From: an uncultured Armatimonadia bacterium
GTDB lineage: Bacteria > Armatimonadota > Zipacnadia > CAVVLO01
Assembly (NCBI GenBank): GCA_963749155.1
Contig: CAVVLO010000002.1
Coordinates: forward strand, 704,001-768,000
Length of the DNA stretch: 64,000 nt
Reading direction: 5' to 3'
Part shown: positions 11,386-22,201 of the stretch, piece by piece
Layout: each line of letters opens with the position of its first letter
How positions within the stretch are numbered: position 1 is the first letter of the stretch
Notes under the pieces: model-generated
Told to the model about the DNA's origin: nothing
The model's input: only the letters and a program-made list of their open reading frames with translations
Databases searched by the model: none
Made by a program: the position numbers and the translations under genes

Positions 11386-13130
11386 TGGACTGGTTCCTCC
11401 GGTACGGGCTTGCCTGTGTTGAGCGAGAGCAATTGGCCTTCCCAGCCTTGCTGCCTCATTGTCGCATCGAAGACCATCACACCTAATTCTCGCGGGTCGG
11501 GATTGGCAGGGGTGACCACAGCCGGTATCCACGACTTCACGCGAAACTCCAATACAACTTCGTCGCCCTCTTGCGGTGGTATGGAGAAGGTAACCAATCC
11601 AGAGTATGGTTTCTCGAGTGCCGCGACTTTCTTGCCTGCGAGGAAGATGCCCCCTTCGGGGCTGACCGCAAATTCCGGCAGCATCAGGTTGAGGGTCAGC
11701 TCGTAGGCTTTACCTCTTTCCACCGGCAGAAGCAGCCTGGGCGACTTGCCCGACCACCGGGCATGCTCCTTCGCCATCGCCGGACCACGACCGTGCCAGC
11801 CAGTGAGATACGGGGTGTCTCCCCTGGCCCCAATAGCCAGGCTGTAACCCGTGAGCAGCGCCTCGGTAAGGACTGGGGCGGGGCTGAGGTTGTCTGTGAC
11901 CAGCGCAAGCGATCCGGCCTGGTTTTCCACGAGGAAGGAATCTGTGCCCAGGTTGCCACTGACAATTGCGTTGGTCATACCCTCCCCGATCCTGACGGCC
12001 AGGCGCCCTTCGCCAAAAGTGTTTCCCTGGATCTGTGCGATGCCCTGGCGCAGGTCTACTCCCGGGGCATCGGTCGCGCCATTGTCCCAGTTGGCGAAAT
12101 TGCTGCTTGAAATCGAAAGCTGGCCGTTGGGGCTGTCGAGTCGCACGCACTCGCTGATTGGGCCGAAGGTTACGCAGTTTACCAGCGTGACCTTGCCGGC
12201 AACCTTCGGGCCGATATCCACCGCTATAGAATCGGTCGAGCCCCATCGCCCGACGAAGATGCCATTGGTGATGGCAATCCCACTGCTGGCTTCGATTTTG
12301 AGAGCGGCCTGGGAGCAGTCGGCGCCGATATTGACATAAGTGCCATTGCCCCCGCCTGCGCCCGCGTCGCTGAATTTGAAGCCGGTGCCATAGCCAAAGC
12401 AGAAGCAGTTGGAACAATTCTGCCAGTCAGTGCGAGCGAACTCGAAACCCACCCCGTTCTGGTTGATCCAGGCGCAGTAGGGATCGTCGGGCTTGTAGTT
12501 CACACCGAAGGGCCAGAAATGCACGTTCTCGACCCGCCCCACATCATAGCAATGGTCTATAAACAAGCCGCGCCAGGCGGGATAACCTGTCACGTTGCGC
12601 ACCAGATGCCTGCCCGCGTAGACCAGCTTGATAGCCTCATAAGGATTGAGCAATAGACAATCGAGGATAGCCGTGTTGTCGGCCCCGCCGCGCACCTCGA
12701 CACAAGGAGGATAAGGCGTTGGCGGCGCTTCGTAGGGCGCCTCGGGGTATTTCACGATTACACCTTTCAAAGTTGCGGCCGATCCACCCAGGGTGATGAA
12801 GGCCGGCCCTTCCTGAGAGCCTTTGCCGGCGTAGGCGAGCAAGATGGAGCCCTTCGTCGGGCTGGTAGGCGCGGTTCGGGCGACTCCCTCCAGTGTGACG
12901 AAGGCTGGGATGCGCAGGTTGCCCTTTATTGCCCAGACGCCAGCGGGCACCTCGACAAGGCCCCCTTCTCCGGCAGCGGCCTGAAGCGCCTGCTGGAAGG
13001 CGGCAGTGCAGTCGGTTTCGCCATCTGGCACCGCTCCGAAGTCGCTGACTGACAGGTTTGCGCTCAAGCCTCGGCGCCAGGACTGTCAAAGTCACAAGCA
13101 AGACCAAAGGCCCTGTCTGTGCAGATTCAT
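11382..13130 (-). CDS. Secreted right-handed beta-helix protein (Pectate_lyase_3/GH28-related), paralog 1; frameshift in signal region
   Basis: VSDFGAVPDGETDCTAAFQQAL...GGLVEVPAG; DHCYDVGRVENVHFWPF. Confidence 0.8.
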
Positions 13131-13280
13131 TCCAGGTACTCCCTATACTCGATGAGATTCGCCCAGTTTCGCGACAGTCAGGGCCAGTCCTGCAGGAAGG
13201 CAGACCTGCCCTCAGCGAATCTGGATAGTTACCTTATTCTGCTGAGGGACGCCTGCGCGCCCCTGGCCTGGAGGCACAGA

Positions 13281-15462
13281 GTGCATAAAATGATAATTAT
13301 CGGTTTTATACTTGTGCTACTTGCGACTCTCGTCGCTTTACCCACACTTGGAGATACTCGGACCCCGCCCCGCATCGTGGAGTTTCTTGGCGACCAGCCG
13401 ATGACGCGCGTTGGCCGGCCTTTCGTGATGCTGGCCTGCCTCGCCAATCCGGCCGATGTACCAGTAAGCGTCGTGGCGCGCCTGGTCGTGCCTGAAGGAG
13501 TGCAGGTCGAGGACGGCGCAGAGCGCCCACTGACCTTGCAACCCAGCGAGGAGATCAACCCTTCGCTGGACACTGGTCGCTTCCAAGCCTCTTTATGAAG
13601 AGGTTGTCCTCGAGGTTGCCGAAGGGGCAGCAGTTTTGGCGGCAGGACGCGTGCCCGTGCGTTTTTTGCCGGCGCTCGAGGTTACCAGTCCCGCGTATAT
13701 CCCCGAGCCTCAGCCGGTCACTACCAAGCTGCTTGTTGGCGCTCACAACTGCCCCCTTTGGGAAGCGGGTCGGCCCGAGATGTGGAGCCAGCTTGTCGAA
13801 GCACACCGAACGCACCCCGGCACTGGGCTTCTATGCCCAGGAGAACCCCGAGGTCGCCGACTGGGAGACCAAATGGGCCGTCAGAGCACGGGGTGGACTT
13901 CTTCATCTACTGCTGGTACCGCACCAGTCAGGGCGGCCCCGTGACCCAGCAATTCGGCAGCGCCATCGAAGCCCTCAAGCAGTCGCGTTTCAAGGCCAAC
14001 CTGCACTTCACGATTATGTGGGAGAACCAGTCGCGCGGCACTGGCGGGCGTGGCCGATGAGGCCGACCTGATGAACAACCTGCTGCCCTTCTGGATGGAC
14101 AACTACTTCAAGGATCCAGGCTACCTCAAGGTAGACAACAAGCCGGTGCTGTTCATCTATCGCCCCGAGTTTCTGGTGGATGACCTGGGCGGTGTCGAAC
14201 AGGTGCGCGCGGCTTTCGACAAGATGCGCCAGGCCTGCCGCGACGCTGGCTTCGAAGGGCTTGTGGCTGCTCGGTGAGTATCGCGGTCTGGACACCGCAT
14301 CATTTCGAGCTGATGAAGAGCCTTGGTCTCGATTACAGCTTCGCCTATTGCTGGCCCATCGGCTACAGTCCCAGTCCCCAGCAGGCTATCGATGCCCAGA
14401 TGGACTTCATCCAGACGACGGAGAAAATCAACATCCTCCCGCAAGTGGTGACGGTCTCGCAGGCCTGGAGCGGCTGGCGCGACGAGTGGAGCATCTGGAA
14501 GCTGCCTCCGACCGAGTTCGAGACGCTTCTCCGGCAGGCCAAGTCGGTAGTCGAAGCCTCTCCCGATGAGGGCCTGGGCAGCAAGCTGTTGCTACTGGAC
14601 AACTGGAACGAATGGGGCGAGGGACACTACCTCCTGCCCTACACTGAATACGGGTTTCGGTTATCTGGACGCCGTGCGGAAGGTCTTCTCGGACGCGCCA
14701 GAGCCTCATAGTGACCTGATTCCCGAGGATGTCGGGATGGGTCCATATGACACCGCCTACCGCACCTGGCTCGCAGAGCAAAGGGAGCTGCGTCAGATAA
14801 CCCATCAGCAGGTCTTTGGCCCTGGCGCCAAAGAAGCTGATGGGCTGGTCGGCTGGTGGCGTTTCGATGAGGAGGTCACTGGCAAAGTTGCGCTGGATAA
14901 TGCAGGCAACGGTCTGGGAGCGATGCTACGCGAGGCGACGCGCGCGCCAGGGCTCGTTGGGTCAGCCCTGGTATGCACCGGTGGCGGGGCTTTTGTGCCA
15001 GGCCAGTCTGGGCTCAACACTACAGTTGGCTTCACGGTCGAGTGCTGGGTAAAGACCGACCTGGCAGACCAGACCGATAAATGGATTGTCAACCGTATGT
15101 ATAACTCGGGCGAATCGGGCTTCCGCCTGGGCCTGGCCCAGGGCAACCTTACCTTCGCCGTGCCGCAGACAGGCTGGAGCCATCATCTCTCAACCGGAGT
15201 TCAACTGCCAATCGGGCGCTGGGTCCACCTGGCGGGCACTTTCGATGGCCAGGTCATACGCGCTTATATGGATGGCAAAGAGATCGGCGCACTCGACAGG
15301 CCTGGCGCAATGAACGGCAGCACTGAGCCACTGCACCTGGGCACCTATCAGCTCGGTCATAAGGCCTTTTACACTGGCCTGCTGGATGAAGTGCGTATCT
15401 GGAACAGGGCCCTGTCCCCTGAGGAACTGGCAGCTCACGTGGCAGATCCCACTGCTTTGTAG
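13281..15462 (+). CDS. GH99-like/WbsX domain protein with C-terminal LamG domain; about 6 frameshifts
   Basis: Pieces PALGFY, HGVDFFIYCWY, YLKVDNKPVLFIYRP, DNWNEWGEGHYL, GFGYLDAVR; LamG motifs LVGWWRFDE, WVHLAGTFDG, GLLDEVRIWNRALS. Confidence 0.75.
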
Positions 15463-15566
15463 CGGGTCTTCCCTCCGGCCCGGCAGTATGCTAATATCGC
15501 GCGCGGCCGGTCTTTGGCGGGACCGACCTAATAGTGCAGCAGGGGCTGGCAAAGCCTTTTCCGGGC

Positions 15567-15575
15567 TGCTATAAT
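15567..15575 (+). promoter_or_regulatory. Extended -10 promoter of the tRNA cluster
   Basis: TGcTATAAT 11 nt before tRNA-Gly. Confidence 0.7.
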
Positions 15576-15586
15576 CGGCCTGCTCG

Positions 15587-15662
15587 GCGGCGGTAGCTCA
15601 ACTGGTAGAGCGGAAGCCTTCCAAGCTTCAGGTCGCGGGTTCAATCCCCGTCCGCCGCTCCA
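15587..15662 (+). tRNA. tRNA-Gly(TCC)
   Basis: Anticodon arm gaagc-ctTCCaa-gcttc; CCA end. Confidence 0.96.
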
Positions 15663-15667
15663 ACTGC

Positions 15668-15744
15668 GCGCCCGTAGCTCAGGTGGATAGAGCAGCTGCC
15701 TTCTAAGCAGCGGGTCGCGTGTTCGAGTCGCGCCGGGCGTGCCA
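15668..15744 (+). tRNA. tRNA-Arg(TCT)
   Basis: Anticodon arm gctgc-ctTCTaa-gcagc; CCA end. Confidence 0.96.
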
Positions 15745-15751
15745 AACAAAT

Positions 15752-15828
15752 GGTGAGCGTAGCTCAATTGGCAGAGCGCTGGATTGTGGTTCCAGTGGTT
15801 GTGGGTTCAAGTCCCATCGTTCACCCCA
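15752..15828 (+). tRNA. tRNA-His(GTG)
   Basis: Anticodon arm ctgga-ttGTGgt-tccag; G-1 and C discriminator; CCA end. Confidence 0.96.
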
Positions 15829-15840
15829 TCAACAGCAGGC

Positions 15841-15869
15841 AGGGCTGGGTCTCAGGACCCGGCCCTTTT
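15841..15869 (+). terminator. Intrinsic terminator after the tRNA cluster
   Basis: gggctgggtc-tcag-gacccggccc-tttt. Confidence 0.8.
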
Positions 15870-15979
15870 GCTTTGGAACAGCTTTTCCTGTTCATATTTC
15901 TGGGCCAAACTCGAGTTTGCTAACCCTCTGAAAGTCCCTTTCCTGCAGGAAACCAGGCCTTCTGGCGGTATATAGGAGA

Positions 15980-18154
15980 ATGAAAACCTGCTGCCTGATC
16001 ACCTTGCTGCTTATTTTGGGGGGCCTTTCGATGGCACAAGAGTTCAAAGGCGTCGAACAGGCGCGTATCGAAGTAGAAAACGGTACCCCCAAACTCTACA
16101 TAAACAACGAGATCGTGGCACCACTCATCTTTTTCTTTAATCAGGGCGTGACCGAGAACTGGCTCGAGCGCTTCCAGCGCCCTCAGGTCAAGCTCTGCGC
16201 AGCGGCGGGCGTGCACATCTACTCCTTCGATATGTGGCAGCCGAAATACTGGGTGCGCCCTTATGATTATTCCACGGTAGATGAGCAGTTCAGGACCATC
16301 GTAGAGGACGACCCCGAGGCGCTGTTCATACCGCGCTTTGTGCCAGGCCCCACCCCAAGCTGGCCCGAGTGGAGGAGCTTCCCCGAGGGAGAACTGACCG
16401 AATTCGCCGATGGAACCAAGATCGCAGACCATCTCGCTTGCCTCCAGGTGGTTCTGGGGGCCGGCTGATGAACGCCTCGAAGCGCTTATCCGCCATGTAG
16501 ACGAAAGCCCTTATGGTAAACGTATCCTCGCCTGGCACCTGGGCGGACCTAACTCGGAGAACTTCCAGCATGGCTTCCGCGAGAGCGGCCCTGACGTCTG
16601 CGAAGCCAACCAGATTCGTTTTCGCGACTGGCTGCAGAGACCACTACGGCACTACTGAAGCCTTGAGGGCCGCCTGGGGTGATGAGGAAGTCACCTTGCG
16701 CACCGCTCGCGTGCCAGTTGATGAAGAAGGGCGCTTCCATATGCACGGGATGCCCGAGATACAGCTTTTCTATGACCTGCCTCGCCAGCAAGCCTGGGCA
16801 GATTACAGCCAGTACCAGGCCGAGTTGTTCGCCAAGCGTATTGAAAGCTGGGCCAGGCTGGTCAAACGTGTCACCGATGGCCGCAAGCTGACGGTCTTCT
16901 TCTACGGTTATCTCTTCGAGCTGGTCGGCAGCTTCAGCGGGCACGAAGCCCTGAACCAGGTACTCGACTGCCCGGACGTGGATATCCTCGTCAGTCCCGT
17001 GCCTTATGGCAACCGCACCGCGGGCAACGCGGCAGGCTTTATGTCACCGGTCGATTCGCTGCCCCTGCATGGCAAGCTATGGCTGAATGAGGATGATATG
17101 CGCACGAGCATCCTCAACGAGAAAGACTTCCCGGGCTGGATCAATGATTCAATGTTCGGCGAACGCGCGAAGACTATCAGCGAGACCGTGAATCTGCTTG
17201 ACCGCAACACAGCAGCTCTCTACACCCACCGCGCGGGTACCTGGTGGATGGACCTGGTCGGGGCTGGGGCCTTCAACGATGCCGCCGTGTGGGAGCTGAT
17301 GGCCGAGCGCAGGCCGCTCTTCGAGCAACTGGGCGAACAGCCTAGACCCTTCAAACCCGAGGTCGCTGTGCTGATTGACGAGCGTTCTCGCACCTATATG
17401 CGCGCCGACTGGGATTACTTCTACCTGGGCCTGATGCGGCTCAGAGACCAGATAACCAAGTGCGGCGCATCGGTAGGGTATTACACGCTGGAGGATTTCC
17501 TCACCGGGCTTGTGCCCAAGTGTAAAGCCTATCTCTTCGCCAATGCTTTCTATCTGGATGACCAGCAGATTGCAAAACTCCACCAACGACTGGAGCAAGA
17601 GGGTGCCACCGCAATATGGGTTGCCGCTCCCTGGCTATCTTGGCCCGACTGGGCCGGACGTAAATCGAGTGGGGCAAGTCACTCGAATGGCTATCGTGCA
17701 GAAGGATGGCGTAGAGGGTAGCGTCGGGGTTGGCCTGCTGGAAGGGCTTGCCTGGGGGCAGACGCAAGTTTTCAAACCACGACTTGTGATCGAAGACTCA
17801 CGCCCCTGGATACTTGGCACCTATCGCGCAGATGGGGCTATCTCGGCGGCCAAACTGGACACAGGCAAGTGGCAGAGTGTCTTCTTCGCTGACCTGCTGC
17901 TTGACGCGACGGCGCTCGCGAAAGTCTTCCAACAAGCCGGCGTTCATCTCTGGACCGACCCGGGCTTCATCATCTACACCGATAACGAGTGGCTGGTGCT
18001 GCACACAGGGCAGGCAGGGCTTGTACCGGTCTATCTGCCGGCAGGTTACACCGCCGAGGTGACGAAGGGAATTCTGGCAAGCCAAAGCGGTCAGACTCTT
18101 CAGCTTGATTGCCAAGCCGGCGACACGGTCTGGCTGCGGCTGCATAAGGACTAG
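15980..18154 (+). CDS. Secreted beta-galactosidase-like (GH42-related) protein; about 3 frameshifts
   Basis: F.DWL...YGT.EALRAAWG, FYGY, SL.LHGKLWLNEDD.RT and trimerisation-like domain; four ORFs join. Confidence 0.7.
17789..18150 (+). repeat. 362-bp direct repeat, copy 1 (3' end of the beta-galactosidase-like gene)
   Basis: Matches 18715..19076 with 4 substitutions. Confidence 0.95.
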
Positions 18155-18165
18155 GAGGGATCAAA

Positions 18166-18657
18166 ATGATCAACTATCCATGGCGATGCGAGCCCTTGCC
18201 AGCCTTTGAGCTGGTTGGATTCACTGGGATCGTCACATCTGGCGGAGAGCAATACGATGCAGTGAGGCGCGATGGCAGGTGGGAGACACTCCGACGCTTG
18301 GGTGGCGCCGACCCCACCATTTATGGCGTGGCCTCGATGGACAAAGAGTGCACCGATGGCCGTTATCGGTATACACTGGCAGTGAAGGCATCGCCTGCTT
18401 CAGTCGATACTAAGGGAGAAGAAGGCCTGTTTAATCTGAGTATGCCTAAGGCCGAATGGGTGATCTTCACACTCGACAGTTTCGTGGGGCAGTACGGCAA
18501 GTTCTGGCAGGACGATCCTTACAAGCTGCTGCAGGCGCTGGGGCGAGAGTTCGATCCCGCCGTCGGCGTCCACATCGATGTCTACTCCCCCGGTTATGGC
18601 AGCGATGAAGACAAGATGGAGTTTATGATGCCAGTAAGGCCCTCCGTTGCAGAATAA
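18166..18657 (+). CDS. GyrI-like small-molecule/effector-binding domain protein
   Basis: F.LVG...IYGV...YRYTLAV...MPKAEWVIF...IDVY...EFMMPV pattern. Confidence 0.7.
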   Translation: MINYPWRCEPLPAFELVGFTGIVTSGGEQYDAVRRDGRWETLRRLGGADPTIYGVASMDKECTDGRYRYTLAVKASPASVDTKGEEGLFNLSMPKAEWVIFTLDSFVGQYGKFWQDDPYKLLQALGREFDPAVGVHIDVYSPGYGSDEDKMEFMMPVRPSVAE

Positions 18658-18714
18658 CCCTGGACGCCTTCACAGGGAGGGCTAACCAAGGAGCGACCGC
18701 CCCAATATCCTGAT

Positions 18715-19080
18715 ATCGAAGACTCACGCCCCTGGATACTTGGCACCTATCGCGCAGATGGGGCTATCTCGGCGGCCAAACTGGACACAGGCAAGTGGCA
18801 GAGTGTCTTCTTCGCTGACCTGCTGCTTAACGCGACGGTGCTCGCGAAAGTCTTCCAACAAGCCGGCGTTCATCTCTGGACCGACCCGGGCTTCATCATC
18901 TACACCGATAACGAGTGGCTGGTGCTGCACACAGGGCAGGCAGGGCTTGTACCGGTCTATCTGCCGGCAGGTTACACCGCCGAGGTGACGAAGGGAACTC
19001 TGGCAAGCCAAACCGGTCAGACTCTTCAGCTTGATTGCCAAGCCGGCGACACGGTCTGGCTGCGGCTGCATAAGGAGTAA
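18715..19080 (+). pseudogene. Repeat copy 2: orphan 3' fragment of the beta-galactosidase-like gene
   Basis: Duplicate of 17789..18150 with no convincing start; ends TAA 5 nt before the sulfatase ATG. Confidence 0.85.
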
Positions 19081-19085
19081 TCACG

Positions 19086-20582
19086 ATGAGTAGGCGCCCC
19101 AATATCCTTATTATGATGTGTGACCAACTTACAGCAGGTGCCCTTGGCTGTTATGGCGGGCCGCTGCCTACACCCAACCTCGACAGGCTGGCAGCAGGCG
19201 GAGTACTGTTTACCGATGCAATCTGCACGACCCCTTATTGCTCTCCCAGCCGCGCTTCGTTGATAAACGGCTTGTATCCCCATACCCATGGCATCAACTA
19301 TAACTGCAACCGGATAGACTATCCGGCAATCCAGACCCCAGCGACCGAAGAGGGCATCAAGGCCAGCGATGTGACTACCGAACGACTGCTCTCCGAGGCA
19401 GGCTGGGACACCCACCACTACGGCAAGTGGCATCTCTCGGATGAGCCGCTGCCCTACTACACCGATATGTATGGCGAGCATCTGTTGTATGAGGAAGAGC
19501 TGTCCCACGTCTTCGAGGGGGTACGCAAGGAGCCTCGCGAGACCTGGATGGACTGGTACAACTGGGCTTTACCGGTGACGCGCAGCCAGGCGATTCTAGA
19601 AGCAGAACACAATCTCGCCGGTGCCTGGGATAGCCTCGTCTACAAGGACTTCCTGCTCAAGGCGGGCCGGCTGGAGCTGCCGCAGGAGCAAGTATTCGAC
19701 ATAAGGGTCGCCGAGAAGACCATCGAACGGTTGCACCACGCCGGCGATGTGCCTTTTATGCTGACTTGCTCTTTCAATATGCCGCATGATCCCAATGTGA
19801 CTCCATCGCCCTGGTATGACTCTGTAGATCCCGGCTCCTTGCCCCTGCCCGAGAACTGGGACTTGCGCGAGGAACGTTTCGAGCCCGAGCTGTCGCGGCA
19901 CATAGTGGCGGATTTGGGTGAGGCAGCTGCGCGCGAGTATCTGCGTATCTACTATGCCGCCGTGTTGCTGGTAGATGACCAGGTTGGGCGTATTCTGAAG
20001 GCGCTTGAAGACCTCGATCTGGCTGAGAATACGCTGGTTCTCTTCACCGCTGATCACGGCGACTTCGCAGGCGGGCATGGGATGTTCTGGAAGAGCAGCA
20101 GCGCCTTTTACGAAGAGCTGGTGCACATCCCGATGATAATGCGCCTGCCTGGCGTGCTGGAACCAAATAACTACCCAGGGCTTGCTTCACTAGTGGACGT
20201 AATGCCGACGCTGCTCGAGTTTGCAGGGCAACCAATTCCCGAAGGCCTCCAGGGTCAGAGTCTTGTGCCCTGGCTAACAGGCGCCGCTCGCTCACAGACG
20301 GCTCCCGACCTGGTTTTCTGCGAGCGTGTCCAGCCCACTAGCGGACTTACGCGCCAGGTGGGTCCAGACCAGGCCGGCTCCTTTATGGCGCGCAGCCTGG
20401 AGTGGAAATATATCCTCTACCCAGGCGGCGACGAGTATCTCTACAACCTGGAATATGACAGAGCGGAAACAACCAACCTTGCCGACAGCGAGCCAGCCAG
20501 AAAAACCGAGTTGCGGGCTGCCCTCGAGGAGTGGCTGACGCGCACCGGCTGGAGCGGAAAGCCCTTGCCAGCTGCTATTTAA
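19086..20582 (+). CDS. Cys-type sulfatase
   Basis: RPNILIMMCDQ, CSPSRASL.NG, GKWHL, FTADHG. Confidence 0.93.
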   Translation: MSRRPNILIMMCDQLTAGALGCYGGPLPTPNLDRLAAGGVLFTDAICTTPYCSPSRASLINGLYPHTHGINYNCNRIDYPAIQTPATEEGIKASDVTTERLLSEAGWDTHHYGKWHLSDEPLPYYTDMYGEHLLYEEELSHVFEGVRKEPRETWMDWYNWALPVTRSQAILEAEHNLAGAWDSLVYKDFLLKAGRLELPQEQVFDIRVAEKTIERLHHAGDVPFMLTCSFNMPHDPNVTPSPWYDSVDPGSLPLPENWDLREERFEPELSRHIVADLGEAAAREYLRIYYAAVLLVDDQVGRILKALEDLDLAENTLVLFTADHGDFAGGHGMFWKSSSAFYEELVHIPMIMRLPGVLEPNNYPGLASLVDVMPTLLEFAGQPIPEGLQGQSLVPWLTGAARSQTAPDLVFCERVQPTSGLTRQVGPDQAGSFMARSLEWKYILYPGGDEYLYNLEYDRAETTNLADSEPARKTELRAALEEWLTRTGWSGKPLPAAI

Positions 20583-21318
20583 CGGAGATCTCCAGGCCTT
20601 CCTTGTCCAGCATAACGTTGAAGCTTATCGAACAGTTGGACGGATCTCGCACGAAGTCGAGATAAGGCCCCAGCTTCTCGGTATAGGTTGCCGAATCGTG
20701 ACACATTATCAAGGCGCCTTTTGGCAGTTTTTCCCAGCAGGCAAGCAGCACATCGAAATTGAGAGCCTTGTCTCCACAGGTCGTCCCGCCGACATCTAGA
20801 TATAGCAGGTCTATTGCACCAGGATAGCCCTTTGCAAACTCGACTGCATCGGCAGCCACCAATTTTGCCGCTGTTGACTCGCCCAGCGAACGGACATTAC
20901 GTTCGGCAGTCTCTGCAGCCTCGGGCACTACTTCCACGCCGATCAGCTCTTCCGCCTCATAGCAAGCCCCTGGACCAACCGCAGCGCCGGCGTTGCAGAT
21001 ATAGGTGAAGCCACAGAATATACCCGCCGCAAGCAAGACTTTTGGCTGGCGAATCGAGTTGAGCGCGTAAAGCAAGCGCTGGATGCGCTGAGTTATCGAA
21101 GTCCAGGGCAACTCGAAGTTGTCGGCTACCTGCTGGCGCATCTCGAGCAGTCGCGCTTCATCATAGTCCGTATGCGAGATGACACCGGCCTCTCGTAGCG
21201 CTTCGAGACATTGATCTACTTGCTCGCGTTCGGATTCGAGAGCCTCGATTGGTTCATGAGGATCATAGTAATCCATCGTATAGGTTGCCACATCAGGCGC
21301 CCAGTATTCGCCTCTCAC
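20575..21318 (-). CDS. Class I SAM-dependent methyltransferase, paralog A
   Basis: AGIFCGFT, IGVE, DAVEF, IDLLYLD, L.KGALIMCHD. Confidence 0.75.
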   Translation of the reverse strand: MRGEYWAPDVATYTMDYYDPHEPIEALESEREQVDQCLEALREAGVISHTDYDEARLLEMRQQVADNFELPWTSITQRIQRLLYALNSIRQPKVLLAAGIFCGFTYICNAGAAVGPGACYEAEELIGVEVVPEAAETAERNVRSLGESTAAKLVAADAVEFAKGYPGAIDLLYLDVGGTTCGDKALNFDVLLACWEKLPKGALIMCHDSATYTEKLGPYLDFVRDPSNCSISFNVMLDKEGLEISVK

Positions 21319-21330
21319 TTGCCGTCCCCC

Positions 21331-22075
21331 CTATTTAACTGATACTTCGAGCCCCTCGCCATCGAACAGCACGTGGACGCTGGCTCTGGCAGTTGGACTC
21401 ATCGCGAACGAAAGCCAGATATTTATCAAGCATAGGCCCGCAGTTATATGAGTTGTGCGCCAGAATAACTGCCCCCTCAGGCAACTTGTCCCAGGCGGCT
21501 CTGGTAATGTCCAGATAGATGCCCTTGCCTCGAGCCTCATCCCCATCGGCATCGTGGTAGAGCAGGTTGATCTCGCCCTGCCAGTTGGCGCAGAAAGGCA
21601 CCGCGTCAGCGCAGACTACATGGGCCACGCCGGTTGGGTCAATTGCTCGAATATTGCGTTCAGCTCGCGCGGCCTCTTCGGGAACGATCTCGACCCCGAT
21701 GACAGCTTCTGCCTGATAGCAGGCGCCCGGCCCCACTGCTGCACCGGCATTGCACACGAAGGTGAAACCGCAAAAAGCTCCATCGGAGATTATAACCGGC
21801 GGTTGGAGGATGGCCGCGATGGCGTAAAGCAGCCTCTGCATACGGGGTGTGATAGCCGTCCAGGGGATCTCGAAAGCCTCTTTCACGGCTTCTGTATGCG
21901 CAAGAAACTTCTCCCTGTCGTATTCAGTATGAGGCAGGATACCCTCTGCCACGAGGTGAGCCAGGCACTGGTCTACGATCTCAATTTCTCTTTCTATTGG
22001 TTCCAGTTGCTCGAAAGGACGGGTCATATCCATCTTGTAGGTCTCAAAATCGGGAGTCTGAAATATGCTGGCCAA
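21331..22075 (-). CDS. Class I SAM-dependent methyltransferase, paralog B (frameshift near 21385)
   Basis: Colinear with paralog A; the C-terminus VLFDGEGLEVSVK lies in another frame. Confidence 0.75.
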
Positions 22076-22201
22076 GTGTAAGGCTCCTCCTCAAGGTCAC
22101 AATTTCCCTAAGTTCGTCAGGGTTTTACAATCTCCCTCTTCAGAGGAGGCAACCTGCCTTCGGCGAAAATCTGCCAAACTGGATTCTGGAGGGAGCAAGC
22201 T

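Noticed and set aside
8101..15828. tRNA-anchored genomic island or prophage
   Set aside because: No integrase, and I found no duplicated tRNA 3' end.
17789..19076. Diversity-generating retroelement TR/VR pair
   Set aside because: Mismatches are not adenine-specific and no reverse transcriptase is present.
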